DNA of 64,000 bases from Bryobacteraceae bacterium (lineage in GTDB: Bacteria; Acidobacteriota; Terriglobia; Bryobacterales; Bryobacteraceae), in assembly GCA_947458745.1 (NCBI GenBank), contig CANGYQ010000014.1, forward strand, positions 61,084 through 125,083, written 5' to 3'. The position numbers and the translations under genes were made by a program. Below, piece after piece: positions 16,781 through 25,226 of this stretch (within the stretch, counting starts at the first letter, position 1; the number at the start of each line of letters is the position of its first letter). The notes below the pieces were generated by a model. That model was not told where the DNA came from. It was given only the letters and a program-made list of their open reading frames with translations, and did not search any database.

Positions 16781-19700
16781 AAACGGTACCTCAGGACAGC
16801 GGTCATCTGCCGCATGAGGGCGGCGGCGGTGGGGGCACCGTAATTGATCGAATTCACCACCGTGCTGACGTTCGAGAAGTTGGTCTGGTTCAGCATGTTG
16901 TTGGCTTCCATGCGCAGTTCCAGGCGGCGCCGGGTTTCGCCCAGGGCGAATGATCGGCCGAAGCTCATGTTCACCACCAAGCTGCCCGGTCCGGTGATGG
17001 TGTTGCGGCCGGAGTTGCCCAAGGCTCCGTTGGCGGGAACGGCAAAGGCGGCTGGATTGAAGAAGCCGCCGCCACTGTTCACCGGCAGACCCGTCGCATC
17101 CGCGCGACGGCTGCCGGTGCCGGAGGTCTGCGCCAGTTGCGTGCCATTGCCCAGGATGCGCGCGGTCAGGGGTGTCCCGGTCTGCGCCGTCAGTGATCCC
17201 GACAAGGTCCACTCGCGCAAGGCCCGCGTCAAAACACCACCCGGCGCGCCTCGCGTAGCGCGGGAGCCGATGGGCGAGGTCAACAGCCAGTTCGTGTCGA
17301 ACACGTGCGCGCGGTTAAAGCTGGACAGGCCACGCTCCGCACTCAAGTCCTGCCAGTTCTGCGCCACGGTGTTGCCCGCGCCGCCGAAGGTGGAGGAGTT
17401 GTCGATCGACTTGGACCAGCGGTAAGTTGCCCCAAACGCCACGCCGCGCCGGAAGCGTTGTGTCAGGCGTGAGCTGAATGAATGGAGAATCGAATTGCCG
17501 TTCGAAGAATCGTAGACGAAGCCGGTCGCGTTGCCCACCTGATTGCGCGATCCACTGGTCTGCTGGCCCAGGCTATTAGGTGTGGTCTGGACATCCAGGC
17601 GCGTGCCCTTGGTGCCCAGATAGGAGAGCTCCGTGAACAGGCCGCGAGGTAGGTCGTGCTGGAGCGAGAAGTTCCAGGTCTGGACGTAGGGCGTGCGGAA
17701 GTAGCGGTCAATGGCGATGGTGTTGGTGACATCACCGGGCCGGACGGAGGTGAAGCTCTGCGCCAGTGGTAGTGAATTCTGTGGGGTCGAGTTCACCGTA
17801 AAGGACGTGGCAAACGGCGGCTGTTGTGCCAGACGGTTGGCGAAGCCGTTGTAGATCTGGCCGTTGTAGTAAACACCGTAACCCGCGCGGATGATGGTCG
17901 ATCGCTTCACCCGCGGCAACTTCCAGGCCAGCGCCACGCGCGGCGCAAAGTTGTTGCGGTCCGGGTTCACCAGGCCCGCCGGGAAGGCGCCGGAGAAGCT
18001 GCCCGCCTGCCCCGGCGTCACCACCGAGACGGCCGAGAAATTGGGGCCGATTTCGAGGTTGGCCAAGTGGCCGCGCATTTCCTCGACGGGCGAAAAGTAC
18101 TCATAGCGCAGGCCGAAGTTCAGTGTCAGCCGGGCGTGGACCTTGAAGTCATCTGAGACGAATGCCGAGATGTTGTTCTGCCGGAAGTAGGTGCTGGTAT
18201 CGCCAAAGCGAATGGAGCTGGATTGCGCATAGCCGTAGAGGTAATCGGCCAGATCGAAGCCCGTGCCGGCCACCGGTGTCCCGGCAGCACTCAGTTGGCT
18301 GGTGGCTTGCCCGGTGAAGTTCAGCGTGCCACGGGCATTAGGGTCGGTGCGGTTGGATGGACTGGCTCGCCGGTAGTCGACGCCGGAGGTGACGGAATGG
18401 CGTCCGTAGATGAACGTCAGCCCTTCCCCCAGGCCCAGCGTCTGAGTGCGGTTCAGCGACGGATTACCGTCGGATAGCGCTCCAAAGTTGGTGAAGTTCA
18501 GGTTTGGTGGGCCGAAATTGAGCGGGTTCCTTGACGTGCCCGCGATGCCCGCTTGTGTTGCCACATCCGGGCCGAAGGCGAAGTAGGGCACCAGTTCATT
18601 GCGGTTGCGATTGAACGTCACCCGCGCGTTGCTGATGATGCGCTTGGCCAGATTCCGGGTCCAGCTCAAGTTGGTGTTCAAGCCGCTGCCGGATGAAGTG
18701 TCGCTGAAGGTATAGGGCTGCAGGTTGGTGCCATCACGGGTCTGCAGGCCCAGGTTGAGCGCCAGGCGGTCTTTCTTGGTGACGGTGCGCTGCAACCGGA
18801 GATTCAGGTTCACGCTATCCTGCGCGGCCGCGCCGTAGAAGGCGTAGTTGTTGACGCGGGCTTCGGTGGTGGGGCGGGGAATGTAGCTGAGCAGTTTCTG
18901 CGCGATCGGGTCCAGGCGTGAAGCCGGGATGAGGTTGCCCGTCAATGGCTGGCGGGACGCCGGGTCAAACAGTTGCACCGGGCTGGTCCCTTGCAGGCTG
19001 TGCGAGAAATCGCCAGATCTCTCCGCGTCCGTCGGTACGGTGGCGAAGGCGGAATAGGGCTGCCGCGAACGCGTGAGGAAGAAGTTGACGGTGAAAAACG
19101 TGCTGGAGTCCTTGATCAACTTGCCGATCACCAGCGGCCCGCCCAGCATGACGCCGAAGCGGCTGGTGGCATAGGCGGGCTGGCGCAGGTTGTCGCCGGA
19201 AATCGAGAATGGTTTCGCATTCCAGACCGAATTGTTCAGCGTGAACGAGAACATTCCGCGAACCCCCGCGGTGCGGTTGGCTCGATTGCCGAACTGCGTG
19301 CCGCCGGAGGGGTTGGGCCGCCGTCCGCGCTGGGCCGCGGCAGCAGCGGGGCCGCCCCGCCCTCCACCAAATCCCCCACCGAACCCACCGCCACCACCTG
19401 TTCCGCCAAAGCCACCTCCGAATCCACCGCCCGGACCGCCGCCACCAGGGCCACCTCGTCCGGGAAGGCCGGCCAGTGGTCCGCCTTGCCCACCAGGAAC
19501 ATCGGTGCGGCCGGGGCCGCCTGGTCCACCGAAGCCGCCCATGGCACCCATGCCGCCGGGACCGAACTCACCTTCCGGGCGGAAGCCGCCCATCGACGGA
19601 TCAAACCGCATGGCGGAATCCATGCCATCCGGCCCCGCATTCTGCCCCAAGCCTTGGCTCAAACTGCCGGAGACCAGAAAGGCTTCGCTGAAAGTGGCTG

Positions 19701-20136
19701 CCCCGGCTGGACCAGTGCCAGCCAGAGTAGTGCCGTTGTCGGGCACCGCGAACTCAGGCATCTCGGTACTCTCCGGGGCGGCGGCACGGTTGGCACCAGG
19801 GCCCATCGCCATCCGGCGCGCCAACTGCGATTCCGCCAACTTCAAGACCACCTCGACGGGTGCAATCGGCCCCAGCACTAGCGCTGTCTGGCGGTATGGT
19901 TGGAAGCCAAACATCCGTACTTCCAGATCCACCGTGCCTGCCGCTGCCGCGGGGAGACGGAAGTGGCCATCGGGGCCCGTCACTGTCTCAAAAGCCTGAC
20001 CACTGAGAGTGGCCCTGACGGTGGCCCCCGGAATCGGTTGATTACCGGAAAGCACCCGTCCTGACTGGCTCCACGCCACCAGGGGCAGCAGGGCGACGGC
20101 GCCAAAGCGAATGAACGGCATCAAGCGTGAAATCAA
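16777..20136 (-). CDS. CarboxypepD_reg-like / TonB-dependent-receptor-like outer-membrane protein with Gly-rich insert
   Basis: Signal peptide, N-terminal beta-sandwich ('GRVLSGNQPIPGATVRATLSGQAFETVTGPDGHFRL'), a long beta-barrel region, and a C-terminal ...LRYRF. GAGGAGA SD precedes TTG 20136. Confidence 0.8.
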   Translation of the reverse strand: MISRLMPFIRFGAVALLPLVAWSQSGRVLSGNQPIPGATVRATLSGQAFETVTGPDGHFRLPAAAAGTVDLEVRMFGFQPYRQTALVLGPIAPVEVVLKLAESQLARRMAMGPGANRAAAPESTEMPEFAVPDNGTTLAGTGPAGAATFSEAFLVSGSLSQGLGQNAGPDGMDSAMRFDPSMGGFRPEGEFGPGGMGAMGGFGGPGGPGRTDVPGGQGGPLAGLPGRGGPGGGGPGGGFGGGFGGTGGGGGFGGGFGGGRGGPAAAAAQRGRRPNPSGGTQFGNRANRTAGVRGMFSFTLNNSVWNAKPFSISGDNLRQPAYATSRFGVMLGGPLVIGKLIKDSSTFFTVNFFLTRSRQPYSAFATVPTDAERSGDFSHSLQGTSPVQLFDPASRQPLTGNLIPASRLDPIAQKLLSYIPRPTTEARVNNYAFYGAAAQDSVNLNLRLQRTVTKKDRLALNLGLQTRDGTNLQPYTFSDTSSGSGLNTNLSWTRNLAKRIISNARVTFNRNRNELVPYFAFGPDVATQAGIAGTSRNPLNFGPPNLNFTNFGALSDGNPSLNRTQTLGLGEGLTFIYGRHSVTSGVDYRRASPSNRTDPNARGTLNFTGQATSQLSAAGTPVAGTGFDLADYLYGYAQSSSIRFGDTSTYFRQNNISAFVSDDFKVHARLTLNFGLRYEYFSPVEEMRGHLANLEIGPNFSAVSVVTPGQAGSFSGAFPAGLVNPDRNNFAPRVALAWKLPRVKRSTIIRAGYGVYYNGQIYNGFANRLAQQPPFATSFTVNSTPQNSLPLAQSFTSVRPGDVTNTIAIDRYFRTPYVQTWNFSLQHDLPRGLFTELSYLGTKGTRLDVQTTPNSLGQQTSGSRNQVGNATGFVYDSSNGNSILHSFSSRLTQRFRRGVAFGATYRWSKSIDNSSTFGGAGNTVAQNWQDLSAERGLSSFNRAHVFDTNWLLTSPIGSRATRGAPGGVLTRALREWTLSGSLTAQTGTPLTARILGNGTQLAQTSGTGSRRADATGLPVNSGGGFFNPAAFAVPANGALGNSGRNTITGPGSLVVNMSFGRSFALGETRRRLELRMEANNMLNQTNFSNVSTVVNSINYGAPTAAALMRQMTAVLRYRF
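19348..19593 (-). repeat. low-complexity glycine-rich coding repeat (about residues 182-263 of the OMP)
   Basis: 'GGFRPEGEFGPGGMGAMGGFGGPGGPG...GGPGGGGPGGGFGGGFGGTGGGGGFGGGFGGGRGGP'. The DNA is an imperfect GGN/TTY tandem array and produces a Pro-rich mirror ORF on the plus strand. Confidence 0.8.
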
Positions 20137-20346
20137 GCGTCTCCTCAGGCTGACCCGATTCCATCCACGCTACGCGTAGTCTTAATTGAGCGGCTCATCA
20201 TCAGGCGAACACCACGTTGCCACAAATGTTGCTATTACATCGGCCAATAGACGGAAAATCGGCCGGGTGATGGCGTCACACGTTGAATATCTTCCCGCGT
20301 TGCTTGATTCGCGTGAACTGCTCAAAGACCCCTTCGAAGGGCCGAT

Positions 20347-20739
20347 ATGCGCTCCATGGAAGAGTTCATGAATTTCGACGAGGTCCTTGAGAATCATCGA
20401 CAGTGGCAGTCGCGTATGGAGATGTACTTCAAGAACCCGGACTATTCCATCGATACGCGTCTTATCCTCAACGGTAAGGCGTTCCCAATCTGGAAATGGT
20501 TTCGCGACAACGGACACTTGTTCATCAATCTTCCGCAGTACGCCACCCTGGTGGAATCGCAGACCCGCTTCCGGACCGCGTTGGCGGATGCCGTGGTGAA
20601 GGCCAACAGTCTGGTGGTCCGCAACCCGGAGTTCGTTATTGGGGAGCAGAGCGAGTTTGGACGCGCGCTGTCCTCCTTTGAACGAGATTTGAAGGAGTTC
20701 CGGAGCCGCACCAAATGGATGACTGGCACCGCCGTTTAG
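20347..20739 (+). CDS. hypothetical helical protein (130 aa), orphan in a lower-GC spacer
   Basis: GC3-rich codons on the plus strand favour this ORF over the overlapping 225-aa minus-strand ORF. 'ENHRQWQSRMEMYF...FPIWKWFRDNG' vaguely resembles a degenerate four-helix CZB-type bundle; this is very tentative. Confidence 0.5.
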   Translation: MRSMEEFMNFDEVLENHRQWQSRMEMYFKNPDYSIDTRLILNGKAFPIWKWFRDNGHLFINLPQYATLVESQTRFRTALADAVVKANSLVVRNPEFVIGEQSEFGRALSSFERDLKEFRSRTKWMTGTAV

Positions 20740-20808
20740 CGCGGCGCACACGACGGCGCACGTGACGGCCGCAGGTGACGGTGTGATCACGCTCATGTTC
20801 CAGTCCAA

Positions 20809-20837
20809 TTGCCAAATCTCGACCACCGGGTTATCAT
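20809..20837 (+). promoter_or_regulatory. sigma70-like promoter TTGCCA-N17-TATCAT
   Basis: TTGCCA at 20809-20814, TATCAT at 20832-20837. Lies upstream of the OMP gene (GGGGAGG SD, ATG 20874). Confidence 0.35.
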
Positions 20838-20873
20838 TCAGAAAATCCAGGTCGATCATTTTGGGGAGGTTTC

Positions 20874-23800
20874 ATGAGGCGCTTGCTCGCAGTGTCCCTA
20901 TTCAGCGTGTTGGCATTGCCCGTGCTGAATGCTCAGATTCAAAGCGCCCGCATTGAAGGCACCGTGGAAGATACTTCCGGCGCCGTCATTCCGGGAGCTA
21001 AACTGCTGATTGTCAACAACAAGACCCAGGTGAAGGCCGAAGCCGAATCGGATCCGGCGGGATACTATGTTTTCCCGACGCTGACGCCCGGCTTCTACAC
21101 CTTGACGGCGGAGACCAATGGTTTCCGCAAAGCGACCATCACCAACATTGAAGTGAACGTTGGCGTCAGCATCCGCCAAAACATCAAGCTGGAAATCGGC
21201 ACGGTCACCGACACGATTCAGGTGGAATCGAACACCGTTCGTGTCCAGACCACCGATGCCACCATCCAGCGCGCTGTCACCATGAAGGACATCGACACGC
21301 TGCCGCAGTTGGGCCGTGGTCCGATTGCGCTGGCGACGTATCAGCCGGGCGTGCAGTTGGGCACTAGCCCGAACGATCCCAGCTTTGCGCGTGTCAATGG
21401 CATGCGCCAGGGGTCGAATAACAATACTCTCGACGGCATTGAAGTGAACGATCCGGTGTCGCCCCGCCTGGGCCTCACCATGAACGCTAACAATACCGAT
21501 TCGGTGGAAGAGTTCCGCATCATCACCAACGGCGCCAAAGCCGAGTACGGCCGCAATGCGGGCGGCACGGTGGAATTGATCACCCGCTCCGGCACCAATC
21601 AGTTCCGCGGCAACCTGTTTGAGTACCACCGCAACACGGTGCTGAACGCGAACAACTTCTTCAACAAGTCCTCCGGTACTGAGCTGGCCCGGCCCAAGTT
21701 CATCCAGAACCAGTTCGGCGGCTCCATTGGTGGCCCGGTGATGATTCCGAAGGTTTTCAACGGCAAGGACAAGCTTTTCTTCTTTTACAACTTCCAGGGC
21801 TCGCGCGTGGCGCAGGAAGTGGTTCGCAACCGCACCGTGCTGACCCCGGAAGCGAAGGCTGGACTTTTCCGCTGGGTGGTCCCGGCGGGCCAGCCGAATG
21901 CTGGGTCGACGCAGAGCTTTGACATCGTCCGCAATGACCCTCGCGGTTTGGGTATCGACCGCGCCGTGGCCGCCAACCTGGCGCTGCTGCCAGCTCCGAA
22001 CAACTTTGACGTAGGCGACCGCTTGAACACCGCCGGATTCCGCTTCAACGCCATGGCCAACACGCAGGGCGACCAGCACACGATGAAGACCGATTGGAAC
22101 GCCACGTCATCCATCCGGGCCTACTTCCGCTACTCCTGGTTCAAGACGCTGACCCCGGCGGATTCACTAAACGGCGCGGAGCAGACGTTCCCGGGCCAGC
22201 CCAATGGCACCCAGGGTGGCATCCGCGCCGGTTACTCGACGGGCGTCAACTGGACGGTGAAGCCGACTCTGATCAATGAGTTCCTGATCGGCGTTCAGGG
22301 CTCGTCGGTGGAGTTTGGCCGCGTGCGGAGCTTCGCCTACCCGGGTGTCTCCCTCATCGCGGCAAACCTGTTCACGAATCCCATTCCGACCGGTTTCGCG
22401 TCCGCTCGGTATTCGCCGGTGCTGCCGCAGATCTCCGACAACGTGTCCTGGATCAAGGGCAAGCACACCTACAAGTTCGGCTTCCGTTATGCCCGGATCA
22501 ACCAGTTCCAGACGAGCGATGCCAACATCTGGCCCACCATTGGGTTGGGGCAGGGAAATGGCAACGCGGCGCCGGGCAACATTGGACCGACGGGCGGCAT
22601 CATCGGTTCCGCTGACCGCCAGCGCTTCGACAATCTCTACAACGACCTGCTGGGCCGCGTCAGCTCCATTCAAACGACGTTCTATAGCGACCTGTCTAAA
22701 TTCCAGACGTTCGGCACACCGCGCGTACGCAACTTCCTTTTCAATGACTACGCCGGGTACTTCCAGGACGACTGGCGGGTGACGAACAATCTGACGCTGA
22801 ACGTCGGCTTGAGGTATGAATTCTACGGTGTACCCCGGGAGCGCGATGGGCTGCAGGGCAATATCCAGCAGGCCGCCGCGGGCTTGGTGGGGACGGGCAC
22901 GCAGGCTTTGGATCTCACCGTGGTGAAGTCCAATGGCTGGTTCAATACGGATAAGAATAACTTTGCGCCGCGATTTGGTTTTGCCTGGACGCCGTTTAAG
23001 GACGGCAAGACCTCCATTCGCGGCTCCTGGGGCATGTTCTATGATCGCGTCGTCGGTACGGCGGCCATTGATCCTGATGCCACGACGCCGGGCTTTGCTC
23101 AGTCGATCTCGGTGTTCCCCAATCAGAATCTCACCGACGTTCGCGTCAGTGACCGTCCGGCCCTGCCCACGCCTCCGGCGACGCCGACTTTGACGCCCGC
23201 CGCCAACCGGGTATTTGGTGCGATCAACCTGTTTGATCCCAACTTCCGCCAACCCTACGTGATGCAGACCAACCTGACCATCCAGCGGGAGATTCTGCGC
23301 AACACGGTGCTGGAAGTGGGCTACGTGGGCAATCGCGGGGTTAAGCTGCTGCTCGATCAGAACGTCAACCAGACCCGCATCTATACGAGCGGCTTCCTGC
23401 GAGACTTCAACGAACTGCGCGCCTTCCAGGCCAACGGTATGGCCACTTCGCCGGGCAATGATCTGGTGCGGATGTTCGGCACAGCGACGACGGCCATCAA
23501 CACTATCGGCGCGACGCCGATCCGCCAGGGGGCGGTGGGTTTGGCGGCCAACACCGTCGACACGAATAACTTCCAGCGCTACGCCGGCGCGGGGATCTCG
23601 CAGTTCTACCTGCGCAACTTCCCGCAGTTCACCAACGTCTGGCAGACCAATAACTCCGGCCGTTCCACCTACGATTCACTTCAGGTGAGCATCCGGCGTC
23701 AGGCCGGTGCCTGGAAGGGTGCGTTGAACTACACCTGGTCCAAGAACATCGACAATGCCTCGGTGGATGGCGGCGGCAACACCGGCCCGCTCGACAACTA

Positions 23801-24443
23801 CAACTTTGCTCTCATGCGCGCGCGCTCCGACGCGGACCGCCCGCACACGGTCAGCTGGACTTTGGTCTACACGCTGCCGATTGGGACCGGGAAGCTGATT
23901 GGCCGAAACATGCCGGGCTGGCTGGATCGCATCGCGGCGGGTTGGGAAGTGGGCTCGTTGGGCATTATCTCATCGGGTCAGCCGTTCAGCGTTTCTTCGG
24001 GTGTGCTGACTGGACCCAATACCACTGACTTTGGTCCACTGGGCAGCAATGTGGGTGCCTTGGCCGACTTCTCCGGAACCGACCGCAATATCGGCAAAAT
24101 TGAACGCTTCGGCGGCGGAGTCCGCTACTTCACGCCGGAGCAGACCCGGTTGTTCTCGGTGCCGGCCCCGGGTTCTACGGGGAATTCCGGCCGCAACACC
24201 TTCCGCGGACCGGGCTTCTTCAATACCGATCTGTCGGTCGTGAAGCGCTTCCGGTTGGCGGAGCGGACGTTCATCACGTTCCGCGCCGAAGGCTACAACC
24301 TGCTGAACACGGTGAACTTTATCCCAGCGGCGATCAACCTGCAGACGCCGCAGACGTTCGGGATCATTTCCGCCACTCCGACGGGCGCGTCGAACCAGTC
24401 CGGCGCCCGCATTCTGCAGTTCGCACTGCGGTTTGACTTCTAA
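20874..24443 (+). CDS. CarboxypepD_reg-like / TonB-dependent-receptor-like outer-membrane protein
   Basis: Signal peptide MRRLLAVSLFSVLALPVLNAQ. 'ARIEGTVEDTSGAVIPGAKLLIVNNKTQVKAEAESDPAGYYVFPTLTPGFYTLTAETNGF' is the CarboxypepD_reg domain and 'GGTVELITRSGTNQFRG' is a plug-like motif. C-terminal ...LRFDF. Confidence 0.85.
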   Translation: MRRLLAVSLFSVLALPVLNAQIQSARIEGTVEDTSGAVIPGAKLLIVNNKTQVKAEAESDPAGYYVFPTLTPGFYTLTAETNGFRKATITNIEVNVGVSIRQNIKLEIGTVTDTIQVESNTVRVQTTDATIQRAVTMKDIDTLPQLGRGPIALATYQPGVQLGTSPNDPSFARVNGMRQGSNNNTLDGIEVNDPVSPRLGLTMNANNTDSVEEFRIITNGAKAEYGRNAGGTVELITRSGTNQFRGNLFEYHRNTVLNANNFFNKSSGTELARPKFIQNQFGGSIGGPVMIPKVFNGKDKLFFFYNFQGSRVAQEVVRNRTVLTPEAKAGLFRWVVPAGQPNAGSTQSFDIVRNDPRGLGIDRAVAANLALLPAPNNFDVGDRLNTAGFRFNAMANTQGDQHTMKTDWNATSSIRAYFRYSWFKTLTPADSLNGAEQTFPGQPNGTQGGIRAGYSTGVNWTVKPTLINEFLIGVQGSSVEFGRVRSFAYPGVSLIAANLFTNPIPTGFASARYSPVLPQISDNVSWIKGKHTYKFGFRYARINQFQTSDANIWPTIGLGQGNGNAAPGNIGPTGGIIGSADRQRFDNLYNDLLGRVSSIQTTFYSDLSKFQTFGTPRVRNFLFNDYAGYFQDDWRVTNNLTLNVGLRYEFYGVPRERDGLQGNIQQAAAGLVGTGTQALDLTVVKSNGWFNTDKNNFAPRFGFAWTPFKDGKTSIRGSWGMFYDRVVGTAAIDPDATTPGFAQSISVFPNQNLTDVRVSDRPALPTPPATPTLTPAANRVFGAINLFDPNFRQPYVMQTNLTIQREILRNTVLEVGYVGNRGVKLLLDQNVNQTRIYTSGFLRDFNELRAFQANGMATSPGNDLVRMFGTATTAINTIGATPIRQGAVGLAANTVDTNNFQRYAGAGISQFYLRNFPQFTNVWQTNNSGRSTYDSLQVSIRRQAGAWKGALNYTWSKNIDNASVDGGGNTGPLDNYNFALMRARSDADRPHTVSWTLVYTLPIGTGKLIGRNMPGWLDRIAAGWEVGSLGIISSGQPFSVSSGVLTGPNTTDFGPLGSNVGALADFSGTDRNIGKIERFGGGVRYFTPEQTRLFSVPAPGSTGNSGRNTFRGPGFFNTDLSVVKRFRLAERTFITFRAEGYNLLNTVNFIPAAINLQTPQTFGIISATPTGASNQSGARILQFALRFDF

Positions 24444-24455
24444 TGGGCTAGTCCC

Positions 24456-24496
24456 GGGAAACCACGGCTTCGCTTACTGCGCGGTCGTGGTTTCCC
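24456..24496. terminator. 11-bp perfect inverted repeat at a convergent gene junction (possible bidirectional terminator)
   Basis: GGGAAACCACG (24456-24466) / CGTGGTTTCCC (24486-24496) with a 19-nt loop. There is no U-tract, and the 3' arm lies in the last codons of the minus-strand gene. Confidence 0.3.
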
Positions 24497-24860
24497 AAGT
24501 TCCCTGATCCACTTCCGAAGACTCGCCTGCCATCCGGGTGACGTACTTTCCCGATAACTTGGTGCCCTTCATCGCGCCCTCAATGGTTGATTCCAGGCGG
24601 TTGCCCTGGATGTCGAATGAGTACACCACCTTTATCTTTTCACCATCGACCGCGATGGACTTCACGGTGCAGGGTACGTCCTGGCCGCCGATGGTGAACG
24701 AGACCGAGGCTTTCCACTGGCCGTCGGCCTGCTGCATGGTCAACCGGATATCGCCCGAGGCGGAGCCGCCCTCCCACTTGCCGCGGTAACTGCCGGAAGC
24801 GACTGGCTCCGCGCATGCGGCCAGCGCCGCCAGGGTTAGAACTGCGATGGGTTTCCACAT
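24474..24860 (-). CDS. hypothetical secreted protein/lipoprotein (128 aa)
   Basis: Signal/lipobox-like N-terminus MWKPIAVLTLAALAACA and a beta-rich body. Start moved to the second Met (24860). Confidence 0.55.
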   Translation of the reverse strand: MWKPIAVLTLAALAACAEPVASGSYRGKWEGGSASGDIRLTMQQADGQWKASVSFTIGGQDVPCTVKSIAVDGEKIKVVYSFDIQGNRLESTIEGAMKGTKLSGKYVTRMAGESSEVDQGTWETTTAQ

Positions 24861-24864
24861 AGGG

Positions 24865-25065
24865 CTAGATCTCCGGGTAGAACTCAAAGAAGGCATCGAG
24901 CGACTGCATCAGTTGAGCGCGGATCTCGGTCTCGCCGCCTTCCAGCAAATGCATCGTGACGTGGGCCGTTTGGCCGTTGGTCAACTTCACTTCCGCTTCG
25001 CCCACTTCTGCCACATCATCGGCCGGCAGTAGGCGCAGGCCATACACTAACGCGAGTTTTGCCAT
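24865..25065 (-). CDS. hypothetical small protein (66 aa)
   Basis: ORF ending 4 nt upstream of the next minus-strand gene. Acidic composition, no motif recognised. Confidence 0.35.
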   Translation of the reverse strand: MAKLALVYGLRLLPADDVAEVGEAEVKLTNGQTAHVTMHLLEGGETEIRAQLMQSLDAFFEFYPEI

Positions 25066-25226
25066 TCGCCTTGATGGTAGCGCGCGGGCGAATCGTGCCT
25101 GTGACAGCCGAGTGAATCGATTCGCAAAAGCCAGTGGCCAGAGGTTCCCGGCGTCCGCTGGCTTGCGCGCGCGGCTCGGTAAGCTTCAGAGGTGCGACGG
25201 CAACGGAGCGGTCATGTGGAGGCCCG

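Noticed and set aside
16781-17212. N-terminal 144-codon extension of the VWA ORF (track 14651..17212)
   Set aside because: The extension lies entirely inside the 3' end of the upstream OMP gene in another frame and is His/Arg/Pro/Gln/Gly-rich rather than protein-like. The VWA homology and signal peptide begin at 16780.
19190-19999. 269-aa proline-rich ORF (PPPNPPPNPPPPPVPPKPPP...), which could be mistaken for a TonB-like or extensin-like protein
   Set aside because: It is the exact mirror of the glycine-rich (GGN) repeat of the minus-strand OMP gene. The OMP frame is continuous and family-typical on both sides.
20182-20859. 225-aa minus-strand ORF filling the spacer between the two OMP genes
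   Set aside because: It overlaps the plus-strand 130-aa ORF, which has the GC3-rich codon pattern. The minus-strand translation has no signal peptide, motif or SD. It is kept only as an alternative in the finding.
25128-25164. Hairpin AAGCCAG-N23-CTGGCTT downstream of the D-aminoacylase gene, considered as a terminator
   Set aside because: It has only a 7-bp stem with a 23-nt loop and a very short T-run on the minus strand (CTGGCTTTTGCG). This is too weak to list as a feature.
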